From the human T2T-CHM13v2.0 reference genome, Homo sapiens: a stretch of 64,000 nucleotides of DNA. This document shows positions 1 to 13,695 of this stretch, piece after piece. The notes under the pieces were generated by a model. That model was not told where the DNA came from. It ran no database searches and worked only from the letters and a program-made list of their open reading frames with translations. The stretch is taken from NCBI RefSeq assembly GCF_009914755.1, contig NC_060934.1. One strand, 5' to 3'. Made by a program: the position numbers and the translations under genes. The stretch's first letter is position 1. Each line of letters starts with the position of its first letter.

Positions 1-466
1 TCTTTTAAGTCTAAACGATTAAAAATGTAAGAGTGCATGACAGTATGGTAATTACATGAGTATCGTTCAGCGCAGGGTCTAGTTCCATGCTGGGACCATT
101 ACTCCTTTGTCCATGAATTCTTTGTCAAGAACCCTGCAAACTCCAGGGTAAATGTTCCCAGCATTTGAAAATCCATCATTTTCTCAAAACCGTGCCCACT
201 TAGTCCCTGTTCACATAAACTAAATTTCTCTTGAGATGTTTTTTCCTTTATATTGTAATCATAAAGTTTCTGTAGCATTTGTTGAACTTGGAAAAGGGAC
301 TGTTTGATTGATGACATCACCAATATTTTTCCACTTCTGTTTTATTGAGTCAATTCCATCGGCTTCTCCGTAGGTACCTGGCTCACTCCTCTGGTCCATC
401 ACATGTCAGAGGCACAACTGTCATCCAGGGGCTTCATTTTCCTGGTGTTTTCATAGTTTCTACTGA

Positions 467-508
467 TTTTTATTTATTTATTTATTTATTTATTTTTGTT
501 TGTTTATT
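467..508. repeat. (TTTA)n/(TTTG)n simple repeat
   Basis: Run of TTTA units grading into TTTG. Confidence 0.85.
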
Positions 509-671
509 GAGGGAGCACTAAATAATTTCTTCCAAAGTATTTCATCAAAGAAAAATTGTCTTGAAATATCTCACTGACTGATGGCATGGCTTGGAATAGA
601 CTACAAGGTCTGCAATTTTAGAACATTTGATAGACAGCACAGGTGACAATATTAACATACAGATCTCTCAG

Positions 672-1045
672 TGTATTAGTCTGTTCTCACGCTGCTAATA
701 AAGAAATACCTGAGACTGGGTAATTTATAATGGAAAGAGGTTTAATTGACTCACAGTTCCAGAGGACTGGAGAGGCCTCTGGAAACTTACAGTCATGGTA
801 GAAGTGGAAGCAAACATGTCCTTCTTCACATGGCAGCAGCAAGGAGACGTGCAGATTGAAGAGGGGGAGGCCCCTTATAAAACCATCAAATCTCATGAGA
901 ACTCACTCACTACCACCAGAACAGCATGGAAATAACTGCACCCTGATTCAATTACCTTCCACTGAGTCCCTCCCATAACATGTGGGGATTATAGGAACTA
1001 CAATTCCAGATGAGATTTGGGTGGGGACACAGCCAAACCATATTA
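672..1045 (-). mobile_element. THE1C-like solo LTR (ERVL-MaLR)
   Basis: TGTATTAGTCTGTTCTCACGCTGCT...GTGGGGACACAGCCAAACCATATTA is the reverse complement of the THE1 LTR. Near-perfect 5-bp TSD: CTCAG (667-671) / TTCAG (1046-1050). Confidence 0.93.
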
Positions 1046-1407
1046 TTCAGTATAGTTTTAAAATTAAAATAATCAAAAATCAACTTCCATTTGGGGGCAA
1101 AGCTCTCCCCCAAAATATCTGGGTTTTATGGAGGTGGGAGGTGTTATCTTCATGCTTACAAGCATGACATCTCACCAACAAAGCAGCACCCTGCAGGTGA
1201 CTTCTCTCTGGCTCTGCCCCACAATGTGTTGTCTACACCTGAGGCCTCCACCCCCTTGAAACCAGGTGAGTTTCCTCTATCAGCCCCTGAGACCACACCA
1301 GAGCCTGCCCTCTTCTCAAGAACACAGAAGGGCTGCCACTCATGAACTGAAGCCTTCAGCCACCCAAGGCTTGCTGGGATCACTGAAGCTTTAAAAGCTT
1401 TGGAACC

Positions 1408-1825
1408 TGCTATAGTTTGGATGTTTGTCCCCTAAACCTCATGTTGAAATTGTGTCCCCAAGGTTGAAGTTGGGGCCTAGTGGGAGATGTTCAGGTTATG
1501 GGGGTGGATCCCTCTTGAATGGCTTGGTGCCATCCTGGCCGTGATGAGAGAGTTCTTGCTCTATTGGTTCCCCTGAGAGCTCATTGATTAAAAAGAGCCT
1601 GGTGCCTTCCCCACCATCTCAGCTCCTCTCTGGCCACATGATCTCTGTACATGCAGCTCCCCTCTTCCTTCCACCATGGTTGGAAGCTTCCTGAGGCCCT
1701 CACCAGAAGCAGATGCTGGCGCCATGCTTCCTGTACAGCCTGCAGAACTGTGAGCCAAATAAACCTCTTTTCTTTATAAATTACCCAGCCTCAGGTATTC
1801 CTTTAAAGCAATACAAAACAAAATT
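1408..1825 (+). mobile_element. MSTB-like solo LTR (ERVL-MaLR)
   Basis: Starts TGCTATAGTTTGGATGTTTGTCCCC. Contains GAAGCAGATGCTGGCGCCATGCTTCCTGTACAGCCTGCAGAACTGTGAGCCAAATAAACC. Confidence 0.9.
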
Positions 1826-2745
1826 ACACTCATTTCCCACTAACGCCTGGAGAATTCTGCCCTCATAGCTACTTTGTACGGTGCCAAGTGGGTCTCAAAG
1901 CACCACTGTTCTGCATTTACAGGGCTCTCTAGGACCTTTAATGAAGCCATCCTTTCATGTTGTGAAGACAGCCTGTCTCTATGTAGGATCCAGTATTTGT
2001 CAAGAGCTGGGTTTGAGGATGAATCTGAGGGAAGACACAATGCGCACAAATCCAGTGCCCATTCTCTCAGAAGACTGGCTCATGATCTTCAAACCATTCT
2101 ACATTGCAATCTCTTTCTCATGCTTTCTGAAGAGTGTTTTCCTAGAAGAGCCTTCCATTCTTTATGCAGATAAATTCCTGGAGACACATCCATATAGGTC
2201 TACGTGTTACAGAGACCCCACAAACAATGAGGTGTTATGCATGCCTGCAGAGTGAAAAGGTTGGAGTTAATATATATAGGGTGATATTTTATTTAAAGGA
2301 CTGAATAGAAAATATTGAATATTGATTGTTTCCTTTAAGACAAAACTTTAAAACTTGAGTCATGATTAAATTTGAAATAATGTATCTATTTCAAAGAAAA
2401 ATATATTTAGGAAATTTAATGTTATTAAGTAAATATATTATTATTCAGTCAGAACTAACACATTAGTAACAGATGAGAAATGCACATTGAGATTAAAAAT
2501 TATTTACACATTTAAAAACGTAGATCCCAGAGAAGGTAGGAGATAATCAGCACACCTTTTTTTTTATGCTTTTTCTTCAACGGGTACTTCCCAGCAGTGG
2601 GTCAATTTCAAGAAATTCAAAAAGTATAGTGGCAAACTTCCAAAACACAAAATAATATTTCAAATAAGCAACACAGTAATCTAATTATTATAAAGACTTA
2701 TCACACTCTCAATTATTATTTGAAGGTTAGTCCAAACACTTTTTT

Positions 2746-2969
2746 ATCACCTGAGGTCAGGAGGTCAAGACCAGCCTGGTCAACATGGCAAAACCCCATC
2801 TCTACTAAAAATACAAAAATTAACCTGGCATGGTGGCATGCACCTGTAATCCCAGCTACTCAGGAGGCTGAGGCAGGAGAATCACTTGAACATGGGAGAC
2901 GGAGGTTACAGTGAGCCGAGAGTTGCTCCAGCCTGGACAATAGAGCGAGATTCCGTCTCAAAAAAAAAA
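2746..2969 (+). mobile_element. AluS (Sq/Sp-like), 5'-truncated
   Basis: ATCACCTGAGGTCAGGAG...CTACTAAAAATACAAAAATTA...GTCTC followed by an A-tail. Confidence 0.93.
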
Positions 2970-3449
2970 TTATGTTTACCAAATGCCTACCACTAATTCA
3001 AATTCTATGAGTGCAAAGCATAAAGAAATGTGAGATTCCCCTGCCTTCGGGGAGCATCTACTTATAATGAGATAGTGTAGTTACTCTTCATGCTTGAAAG
3101 ACCATGCATTTGCTGTAATCAAGATCCTAATCAACTCCGCAAAGGGCACTCACTAGCTCCTTGCTCCTAGCAGTAAATTCGGTGGTCAGCTTGTTTCTGA
3201 GTTCCGTTCTTCTGATCCTATTAATGGAGACATCACAAAGGTGAAAATCTGCTTAGAAGCCGATTTAGCCTCCACTGATTCACCTCTGAAAATGTGGAGA
3301 TGCTTTTTACTGTAAACATTAAGATTATCCACTGACCTTAATTGACAAATTACTCCAAATAGTGAGTGATCAATAATGACTGTACGATAACATACGATGT
3401 ACTAAAACGTGTCACTTAAACTTTCAGAATTATAAAACAGGACTATCCT

Positions 3450-3565
3450 GTCATTTTCAAACAAATATTTTCTGAGTCCCTGACAGGTATTAGGCTGTCA
3501 GGGACAGCCTGAAAGAAAATAAGAAGTGTGTTTTAATCTTCATATGGTTACAATCTAGTCAAAAT
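3450..3565 (-). mobile_element. L2 3'-end relic
   Basis: TTCAAACAAATATTTTCTGAG...GTTACAATCTAGT resembles the antisense L2 3' end. Highly diverged. Confidence 0.4.
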
Positions 3566-3946
3566 TGAGATGCCTGTATAATTACTAGAAAAGACAGTAG
3601 AGGAGAATTAGCTGGTTACTGTAGGATGTGACAAACTCAGAAATTCTTATTTTCATTGGACTACATCATACCATGGTATTATTTTAGTTTTTCATAATGA
3701 GATAGAAATTGCAAGAAACCAAATTACAGAGGTTGAAGAGTTTCTTGCACTTGCAGATCCAATGCCAATGGAAATCCAGATATTTGTAACTAACCTTCCA
3801 GTGGGAAGGTGGTGACATGTCATAGCCACAGCTTACCCCCTGCCACGTGTAGCATCAGCCCCACACAGCCCAAGGCTGCACACTCAGATGTCAACTTCCC
3901 ATTCCCAAGCTTCAGCTGGGAGGGGCAGAATGAGCTGAACTTATAA

Positions 3947-4354
<408 letters not shown>

Positions 4355-5139
4355 AAAAACCCGTTTCTAGAGACACTTCAGGGAGACTCCCTGTTCTCTA
4401 CAGCAGCAATTGTTGCTAAACTAAACCAATAGCTACACATACTTAAAAGGTAGAGCAGTTAAACCCATCCATGTATTTTAGTATTAAAGCAATAAACAAG
4501 GCTCCTTTGACCAGCAAAAAACTTAAGACACACTGACAAACGAAGTGAAGAATAAAAGCAGTCAGGAGTGAAGAAGTTGTGGCGAACAAAAAAGGTATTC
4601 CCCTGTGTGAGCATTCAACACATTTAAATCAAGTTCTAAGGTGAAAAAGGGCAAAATTATACCCATAGAAAGAAAACCATGTTACAGAACTTGACGAATT
4701 AAAAATAGTATATTTCTGACTTTTGAAGTTCTGTTACATGTCTACAGCCACGGCCCATGCCGCTACTCAGGAGTATGTCCCTAGTCAGCAACTTGTGTTT
4801 TAAAATCAATTTTGCCTGCTTTTCCTCAGCAGCTCCTCCTACTAGACCAATAGAAACAGGAATACGATGAGGAGAACCACAGTAATTGTTGGAACCTGTT
4901 TGGTTAAGGACCTCGGCTCTGTGAGCTCACAGCAGGTCGTGAGCCATGTCTGCCAGCTCCACACTCTTATTTGATTGTTGCCTGTGTTTTGAAATTTGGA
5001 GATGAATGGCATTGAACCCTCAGTGCTCCATTCTTTGATTCTATTGGTTCTAAAATTTATGTCACGTTCATTCCCTTAGGGATTGGTTGGGATGAAGAGA
5101 AGGGAAGAGAATTCTGTGATTCAATTTCTCTGTTTCCTT

Positions 5140-6030
5140 GCACTTCAAAGTAGAATATATAGCGTATAATTTTAAAAATCAATAAATGATATAAAAAATT
5201 ACCTGTATGCCTTAAATTCACTAAAGGAAAGGAAAGCAAACACAATCTGTCTCATTAGCAGCAAATGGAAAACAATACAAACAGCAAGAAAACACCAAAA
5301 AACCTTAAATGATATAAATGCTTCCAACAGAAGAAAAATTAGAGATTAACTCAACAAACAAAACCAAACTCTATGCTATCTCAATATGGCACATTGAAAG
5401 CAAGGACAAAGTTGACAAATTAGACTAATGTGATGAACACTAACTGTATTATGTGAATGAAGTAAAAAAAAAGATGAAAGAACAAAAGAAGGAAAAATAT
5501 TTCTTTCCACTTAATCATGAACAAACAAAATTGGAAACAAAAGGATTAAGCAGAAAAAAGAGAGTCGTGCGGCAGCATGCGCTATATAACCCACAGATAA
5601 AGAAAGGACATGAGTGAATTTTCCACACTGATACCTTGGGTGGCACGGATACAAAATATGCAAGATAAAAGAGGAGCAATTGACAGAAAAAGGAATCAGA
5701 AAAAAATAGTTTTGCTAGATTAAAAAAAAAAAAGAACTTTCAGCAAGGGAAGGATTTAAGCATTCAAAGGAAAACAAGCACTCCAAACAAAAACAAGAAT
5801 AGAATATCAAAACACAACAATGAGTTTGGAATACTAGTTATCAGAGCAAACCCAACACAAAGTGAACTCACCTGTCATGATAGGGTTTGTGAACTATTTA
5901 CTAAAATAAATTCTCATAAAACCAGAAAGGAAAAATAACATTGCTCCTGGAATGGCCCAGACAACAAAAGAAATTAACCAAAGAAATTAACAAAAGACAA
6001 TTGTAAGTAAAACAACAAGAAAACACTTAT
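5140..6030 (+). mobile_element. Ancient L1M fragment (ORF2 start region, degraded)
   Basis: A-rich segment resembling the L1 endonuclease start (AAATGATATAAATGCTTCCAACAGAAGA...ACTCTATGCTATCTCAA). No intact ORF. Confidence 0.45.
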
Positions 6031-6749
6031 GTCAGCCCCTTTTTGTTATGGTCCCCTCGTCTCTAAAATGGAATAACCTTGAAGGAACCTTAAACCGAAT
6101 TCCTCACCTTTCTCTGAGCTGAAGATGAGGAATCCCTGGACTGTGTCCTGAGCACAGACACGTGGCTCCTCCCAGACAAAGTTTTGCTGTAGTCTACCTG
6201 ATCTGGCTCTAGTCTAGCTATTTTAGAGACTGGAGAAAATCTGATACAAACTAATGAAAAGACGTTAATGCTGGCAGATGGCTCCAGAGTACTCGGAGCT
6301 GTTCTAATACCTGTTTTACAGAAGTAATCTGCTCTGCCGTTATCCTCAGCCATTGTGAGCTGATAATGAGCCGGGAGAGCAGAACAAGGCCTGCGCAGGG
6401 CTGCCACTTCTGATTTCATTAGTCTTTCACTGCAGGCAAAATGAAGGCACTAAGTGGTAAGTTAATTGTTTCTTTGCTGCTGTACCTCCCTTGGGTGCAT
6501 TATGTCATTGTTAACACTGATATATTAAGATAGGCACTTTATGGTGGTTGCCAGCAACACAACACTAATGCATTTTTATTTCTCCCAACTGCAAAAATAA
6601 GTTCAGCTCATTTCCCTGAGCTTCATATTGTGTTGAGGACTCTTCTTCACTGAAAATAGTAACCCTTCCATCTGAGAGAAAGGATTGCTTATATCATAAT
6701 TTCTATAAGATCTCACTGAAAACTGCGTAGACTTAGGGTTTACTTGTGT

Positions 6750-9665
6750 TATTAGAATAAAAGGAACTCTGGCTTATAGGAGGGTGGCATGAGGAGCCTG
6801 TGGACCTGTTTCCAGCGAAACAATTATCACTAGTGAAAATTATTTTAAAAATAGTAAAAATAAAGTTTTTTGAATTGTAGTAAATGAGGAAGCATTTATT
6901 CGAGAAAATATACGAAGACTCAGTAAGAACAGCAGGAGTCTATTCTACTTGGGCCATGATTGCTCCCCAGCCGTCCCTCCCTCACTCAGCTGGGCAGTGC
7001 TTCACTCGCAGTGGCTGGGACCAATGAGATAAGGATCTTCTTTTGCTCAGATCCCAGTTAAGTGCTACAGTATCCCACCAAAAAGGGCATGCCACCAGCA
7101 TGTCTCACCTACTCAACCCCTGAGTTTCAGAGTCTAAATTACTGGTGCTCATGGCTGAGAGGCTGGCAGTTCCCTTCCTCTACCTAGCCCCCAGTAGAGG
7201 GTGGAGGCTGTACTCCAGGCACAGCAGGCAAAAATCTGGGGTCCTGATAGCCCTTGATCCAGCACTTGCAGGAAAGATTTTCTATGCCAGGAAAACAAGG
7301 GAAGAGAGCCAGAATCCACTCCCCTCCACGGAACCAGAGTCTGCTCCCCGTCTCCCACAAAAGTGGCTCAGAAGAGGGGAGGCAATCCATAAGAACAGGA
7401 AGCACTAGTGTTCTCCCTACAGCAACTGACTTGATTTGAAAAAATCTGGGGAAGTTCCAGCCTAAGGGTAGTCTTAAAAACAAAGAATATTTTGGTGTAA
7501 AACAATTAAGTGGATAACTACAGCAAATAAAAGCAATAAAGTATGCATATGATGCCTAGTTTATCAGAGATAACTAATATAACTATTAAGAACTAGTAAA
7601 AAAAAAATACTGTCCTCAAAACTACCTTTGCCTGACAGTAACATCAACAGTGTAGTAGATGTGAAGTCCCAGCTCTTATTCCCCTTTGAAAACATCAAAA
7701 TACAGCAACAAGAGAATGACCAAACTAATACACAGGAGCTCTGGAAAGCAGCCTAGGGTTTAGAGCAGCCAGGTGAATCCTAATCAAGAAAAAGCCATCA
7801 TCAAAATTCTAGGAAGAATGTCGGAGCATTTTACTTATTCTTGCCTCACCCTCTACCTGGTGCAGAGTCATCTTGGTCTATGGGATGTGGAAAAATAGTC
7901 TTATTTCCCACAGTCTAAGCTGTCTAGGGGCTACCTGAAGAATGGATCTTGGTATAGCCTAACTCAAATCCTAGTTAGGAAAAGTAGTGAGTGCTACTGT
8001 GGAAGCTGCCATGAGATTAACATTTCTGGGGCAAGAGATAACTGCTGGATATAAACAGCAGAACACTCAAGGCTTAAGGAAACACTGGGTGAAACTCTTT
8101 AACGAAAAAAAAGACATTCAAAAGCAGCCACATGTACGGGAGAATTGAGAAAGCCACACACACAGGCCAAGGAAAGATACATGTTCCAAAAAAGTCCTGA
8201 AAAGACTTCAAGCTTTTTCCTTCAGCAGATCCCCAGGATCAGAGCAAATCCAGCTAATTGGAGAAGTGCCGGCCAATGACAAAGTTAGTGTGCAAAATGT
8301 AGAAAGGGCTTTTGTTTTTCACGTGCCCATTCTCCAACAACAATAACAACCACAAAATTCCAAAGCGTAGAGAAAAAACAGGAAAAACAATCAGCTTTCA
8401 GAGAAAAAAAGTAAGTTGACAGAAATCATCCCTCAGGAAACTCAAATATCAGTCTTACTCAAAAAGTACTTAAAATAAAACTCTTAAATATAACCAAAGA
8501 GCTAAAGAAAAATACAGACAAAAAAAAATCAAAGATATCAGAAAGACAATAAATAGACACAATGAGGATATCAAATAAGAGACATAAATTATTTTTTAAA
8601 GGTATGAAACAAAAATACTGGAGCTACAAAATGGAATAATTGCAATGAAATATTTATTAGAAGGGATCCATAGCAGATTTGAACAGGCAGAATAAAGAGC
8701 CAACACACTTGAAGGTAGGCCACTTACAACTAGCAAGTCAGAGAAGCAAAAACAAAAAAGAATGAAGAGAAAGAAATGAAGCCTAAGGGACTTTTGGGGC
8801 ATGACCAAGTGGTTCAATATACACATTATGGGGCTCCTGCAAGGAGGACAGAGAGATTATTTGAAAAAGTAATGTTAGAAAACTTCCCAAATCTGATGAA
8901 AAGCATTAATCTATACATCCAAGAAGATCAGTGAACTCCAAGTATAATAAATGAAAGAAATCACAACCAGCCACAATATTTAAAAACTGCTGAAAGGCAA
9001 AGACAAAGAGAAAAATTTGAAAGCAGCAAGAAAATAAAACAACAAGAAACCTCCAAGGAGATTAGGAATTGTCTTCTCATTAGAAACAATGAAGGCCAGA
9101 AGGCAGTAGGATGACGCATTCACTGTGGTGGAAACAAAAAACAAAAACAATCAAATAAACAAAAAATTAGAATCTATATCCAGCAAAACTACCATTTAAA
9201 AAATAAGGTAAAATAAATGCATTCCAAGATAAGCAAAAACTGAAAGAATTTGTTGCTCGTTGACCATTCTTACAATAAATATTTTAAAATTTTTTAGGTT
9301 AAAAATAAGTGATTCAAAATAGGCATTTGAATTCACATTTAAAATAAAACTAAGAGAACTGGTATAAGTAGCTATGTAATTTCAAAGACTGTATAAGCAC
9401 ATTTTGTCTCTTAACTGATAGAAAATCAGTTATATAAAACAATATGCATATAATTGTATTGCTGAGCCTATCACAAAGAGAAATGCAATGTATTTGACAC
9501 TAACAGCATAAAGATAGTGTGTGGGAGCACAGATGTCTTCTAATAGAAGGAAATGACACCAGATGATATCCATAGTCCACTAAAACAAATGCCAAGAACC
9601 AGAAAGAGAAAATAAGAAGGTTAATGTAATAAATTCTATTAATATATATTTGCTCACCTTCATTT
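6750..9665 (+). mobile_element. Old L1M (L1MC/MD-type) 5' region and ORF1 remnant
   Basis: ORF1-like motifs AGCAGATTTGAACAGGCAGAA, GAAAACTTCCCAAATCTGATGAAA, ATCCAAGAAGATCAGTGAACTCCAAG and GAAGGCCAGAAGGCAGTAGGATGAC. Strong A-rich plus-strand skew, many stops. Confidence 0.8.
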
Positions 9666-9670
9666 TCACA

Positions 9671-9798
9671 GTATTTTTAGTAGAGACAGGGTTTCACCAT
9701 GTTGGCCAGGCTGGTCTCAAACTCCTGAACTCTGGTGATCTGCCCGCCTCAGCCTTCCAAAGTGCTAGAATTACAGGCATGAGCCACAGTGCCTGACT
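9671..9798 (-). mobile_element. AluS left-arm fragment
   Basis: GTATTTTTAGTAGAGACAGGGTTTCACCATGTTGGCCAGG...GAGCCACAGTGCCTGAC. Right arm and tail absent. Confidence 0.92.
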
Positions 9799-9861
9799 TA
9801 TATTGGGTAATATTCTAAATAATAATGAAGAAGACAATGCATTCTCATAAACATTTAGGAT

Positions 9862-10077
9862 CTGAACTGTCCAGTAGAGTAGCCAGTAGCTACCTGTGGA
9901 TGTTTAAATTTAAATTTTATTGAATTGATATTGGATAAAAGGTGAAAATGTGTCTCCTCAGTTGTGCTCGCTGCATTTCAATTGTGCATTAACCACATGC
10001 AGCTATGGGAGGCTGTTCTGAAGGTCACAGGTACAGAACGTTCCCATGGGTGCAGAAGTTTCCATAGGAGAGTGTTG
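9862..10077 (-). mobile_element. MER3-like hAT-Charlie DNA element
   Basis: CTGTCCAGTAGAGTAGCCAGTAGCTACCTGTGG...TTTAAATTTAAA...CAGAAGTTTCCATAGGAGAGTGTTG, about 215 bp. Confidence 0.75.
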
Positions 10078-10273
10078 TTCTGGGGCTTTTGGTTCATTTT
10101 TAAAATGGAAAAGATTACATCATATTCAGTTTACATTAGCACTTAAAACCAATGCCAAGGAACTGTGGCATCCGAGAAGTTTTCAAAGCATACTTCATAG
10201 TTTATAGAACTAAATTAGAGTTAGAATATATTTATATACATCGGCAACTGTCTACTGGGGTGCTGGTGCTGGG

Positions 10274-10634
10274 TATCTCAGTCTGTCCGGGTTGCCATAA
10301 CAAAACACCATGGACTGGGTGGCTTAAACAACAGACATTTATAGCTTATGGTTCTGGAGGCTGGAAGTCCAAGATCAAGATGCCTGCAGATTTGGCGTAA
10401 GGTGAGGGTTCACTTCCTGGTTCACAGATGGAAGTTCTCACTTCACCCTTACGTGGGGAAAGAGGTGAGGCAACTCTCTGGAGCCCCTTTTATTACAGTA
10501 TTAATCTTATTCATGAAAGCTCCACCCTCAGGACCTTCTCACCTCTCAAAGGCCCCACCTTGGAAAACCACTACTTTGGGGTTAGGATGTCAACATAGAA
10601 ATTTAGAGGGACACACACATTTCAGACCATAGCA
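10274..10634 (-). mobile_element. MLT1A-like solo LTR
   Basis: GCCATAACAAAACACCATGGACTGGGTGGCTTAAACAACAGACATTTAT...GGAGGCTGGAAGTCCAAGATCAAG...TTCAGACCATAGCA. Confidence 0.9.
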
Positions 10635-10835
10635 TATGGCAACAGGAATAGAACTACATCAGTGCAGCACAGATCTCTGTGCTTGGCCTTTTGCCTGTTG
10701 AATAATTCAAAAATATCTTCATGGCAGGGGAAACACAAATGCTGACCTCAAGGAGAAGCTGAAGCCAAGAGTATTAATCACAGTGGTGAAGATAAGAAAG
10801 ATGACCCCAAGTAAGAAAGCCCAGAAAGGCACTTG

Positions 10836-11380
10836 CTGTTGACTCCCTCAGAAAGAACACCACGAAAGACCATGGATCATGTAAAGTAAGAATGAGACTT
10901 ACTGCTATAAGGGAAACGAACGTCTTAACAGAGTCTTAGTAGTATCTCGAAAAGGGAAAATAATACCAAGATATTTATAGGTATTTAAGGCCTAGGCTGG
11001 ATGATTTAAAAGTAGATTATCCAAGGTCAAGAACTGGTTCAGGTTTCAGAGAGTTTATGACAATAACTCTGGGTTGGTGAGCAGAACAAAGCAGGGACTG
11101 TGGGTGAGTGGTGATGAGGAAGATGTCAGTTCTGGTAACTAAGGTGCTGATGCTATTTTAGTTGCTTCTCAGCCTTGTCTTCTAGAAGTAGTACTTCCTG
11201 GAAGCCATAACCCAGGTATATTTGCCTCATCACCGAAGTGTTTAGCCCAAAGTCCGGGAGAATCCTTCATCCCAGAGTTGTTTATTACAAGAGCATGAAT
11301 GTATGGTTAGACTGGAACTGCTTAACACAAGGACTGTAAGTTATATTGGTTTAGGTTCTCTAAGTTAGGTCCCACTGTTA
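10836..11380 (-). mobile_element. Possible ancient LTR, family uncertain
   Basis: Composition and phrases (GAGTCTTAGTAGTATCTC, GATATTTATAGG) suggest an antisense ERV LTR. Family not recognised. Confidence 0.3.
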
Positions 11381-12124
11381 GAGACAGATATTGGCAGCTG
11401 TTCTTGATCTACAATGTAGTCCAGAGAGGCCACTGCAGTAAATCCCAGGTAGGAGACAGAAATATAGAGGGAGATAGAAAGAAAGATCAAGACAGAGGTA
11501 TGGCAATTGACACCATCACAATGCAGCTAGTGCTAATAAAAATTCATAAAACAAGTAGTCATTAAACGACCAAGCACATGCTTTGGAAGCTGCCTAGTCA
11601 AGTGAATAATACATCTGCAGTCCACATGTGAGGAACCGCAAGTGAGCATCCCTCTAGGGCCACCTGGAGGCCACCACTGCTGGTGGGGCAGGGGTGGCTA
11701 TGGGACACCTGGACAGCCCTGTTCTTCATGCAACAAGGTGGACTGCAGGTCTTGTACAGAAAGCATCTGCAGAGATCACCCAGACATTCCACCGAGCTAT
11801 GGCAATCTCAAGCCTAAGTGTGTGCAGAGCCCAGACCTCCCCATGATCCATTCTCAAAGAAGCTGTGTGAGCCCAGAGCCCACAAAGGTAAGATCCATAA
11901 GGAGAAAGATCAGCATAATCAGACAGAGGATTGCAAAACAAGTCTGAAATTTCTGGAGTTCCATTTTATGCCAGAAAATAGAACTGTGCCAGAGTTAATG
12001 GGATCTCTCTTTCACAAATCAAGTATTTTCTCAAAAATTGGTATTCAAAATTTCTTGCAAAAAACTCTAATAATAAAAGTATAAAAGGCAAACTATAAAT
12101 AATGAATGACATTCCTTAGTAAAA

Positions 12125-12125
12125 C

Positions 12126-12156
<31 letters not shown>

Positions 12157-12172
12157 TACATGAATATATATG
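12125..12172. repeat. (TA)n(CA)n microsatellite
   Basis: Direct reading. Confidence 0.9.
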
Positions 12173-12974
12173 TGAACAAAGAGAAAGAGACAAATTTAGG
12201 GGGATTCATTAATATAGAATCAATCTGTCATCTTTTGGGATCTGATGGCAAAAATAAATGGGTTGCAATGCAGAAAATATTAAAATAAGAGTCAAAGTAC
12301 TGAGTGAAAGTAACATACTCCTGGCAGTTTTCATGTAACTTTACATAAGCAACTTCATCTCTATCCCTTAATTCTTCACCTAGATATGGGAGTGTGGGAT
12401 TCACACTCAATTTATGAGTGTGAATATAAATTATAATTATAAATTCCATTCACTCAATTTATGGCTAGACCCAAAATATTAATAAATGTAAGAGTTCTAT
12501 CCATAACCAAAAGAACAATGATGCCAGTTAAACAAATGAGAAACACAAAATACATTGTTTGGGGGGAAAATAAAAGAGGTAAAAGCCATGATGATCACAT
12601 GTTTGGTTCACAGAGCTCAAAAGATATATAGCTTGTGATGGACGTTTGGGTAGGTAGAAGTTCTAGTGCTAAGGAGATGTCATTTCTTGAAATATAGTTA
12701 TGCCTAGAAACAATGTTAGAGGTTCTGAGAGTATAGAGGTATTATAAGGAAAGAAGTATGAATCAGTGATTGATTGAATAATCCTGGCCAGTCTGCTCAC
12801 TCTAACCAAGCAGATACAAGTATGCCCTCCAAGCAGAGATGAAAATAGGTTTTTTAATAATTTTGTCTAAGTGATTCTAACATGTTTTTTTCATTGCCCC
12901 CTTCACCTCATTGCAAATTGCTAGTAAGAAGAAGAAAGAAAGTAAGGAAGAAACACCATACCTTGTTGAGAGCT

Positions 12975-13405
12975 GTAAATGGTATGATATTTTACTCCAT
13001 GTGGAGCTAACAAACTAGCCTGTCACAACTTCAAGGATGCTGTCGGAAGACACAAGATTCCTGGGTCAGAGCCAAAGGACCGTATCAACGATGGCAGTGC
13101 CTGGGCATCCCACATGTGTGTTTATTCTCCTTGCCCAGAAAAATGGTGTGGAACGCCCTCGATGAAACGTGTACACAGTGGGTTGCATGACAGGAGAAAA
13201 TCTCAGAGACTTAGGAACCCAAATATGTTATTGTGAGCAGTGAGCATTGCTGCCCTTGGCTCCCCGGGAAGACAACATCTGTATCTTCCAACAGTGTTAA
13301 CTGCACAGACATCCTTGAAAAGATAGTCCAGAACAAAGGGTGGTTAGTGCCTTGCTGGCAAAATGTGATAAAAATATGACACTCTTTGAAATTATCGTCC
13401 AATGT
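12975..13405 (-). mobile_element. ERVL-class solo LTR (MER54/MER74/LTR47-like)
   Basis: Reverse complement reads GGCACTAACCACCCTTTGTTCTGGACTATCTTTTCAAGGATGTCTG...GGAAGATACAGATG...GGAGCCAAGGGCAG, typical of this LTR group. Confidence 0.7.
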
Positions 13406-13695
13406 GTCTTTCCCATATGAAATAGACAACACTTTAAACACAACTTTAATTAAATTTTTATACATTCCAATTTGGGAAGCAGTGATAATTTAAATTATGA
13501 CAAAATTCACTGGATGGCAGTGTCAGGGAGAGAATGGGGAGGCCATGCTGAGAAAATGTTTATACGTGCAAAGGAAGAGAATTGCGTAGGACCTCATAAA
13601 CAGCTTTTGACTTTGCCAGTGACAAACTCAAGTGTGCTACGGAAGAGTCAGCTCCTGCAATCTGGAGCGGAGGCAAGGGGTCCGTCCTCAGTAAG

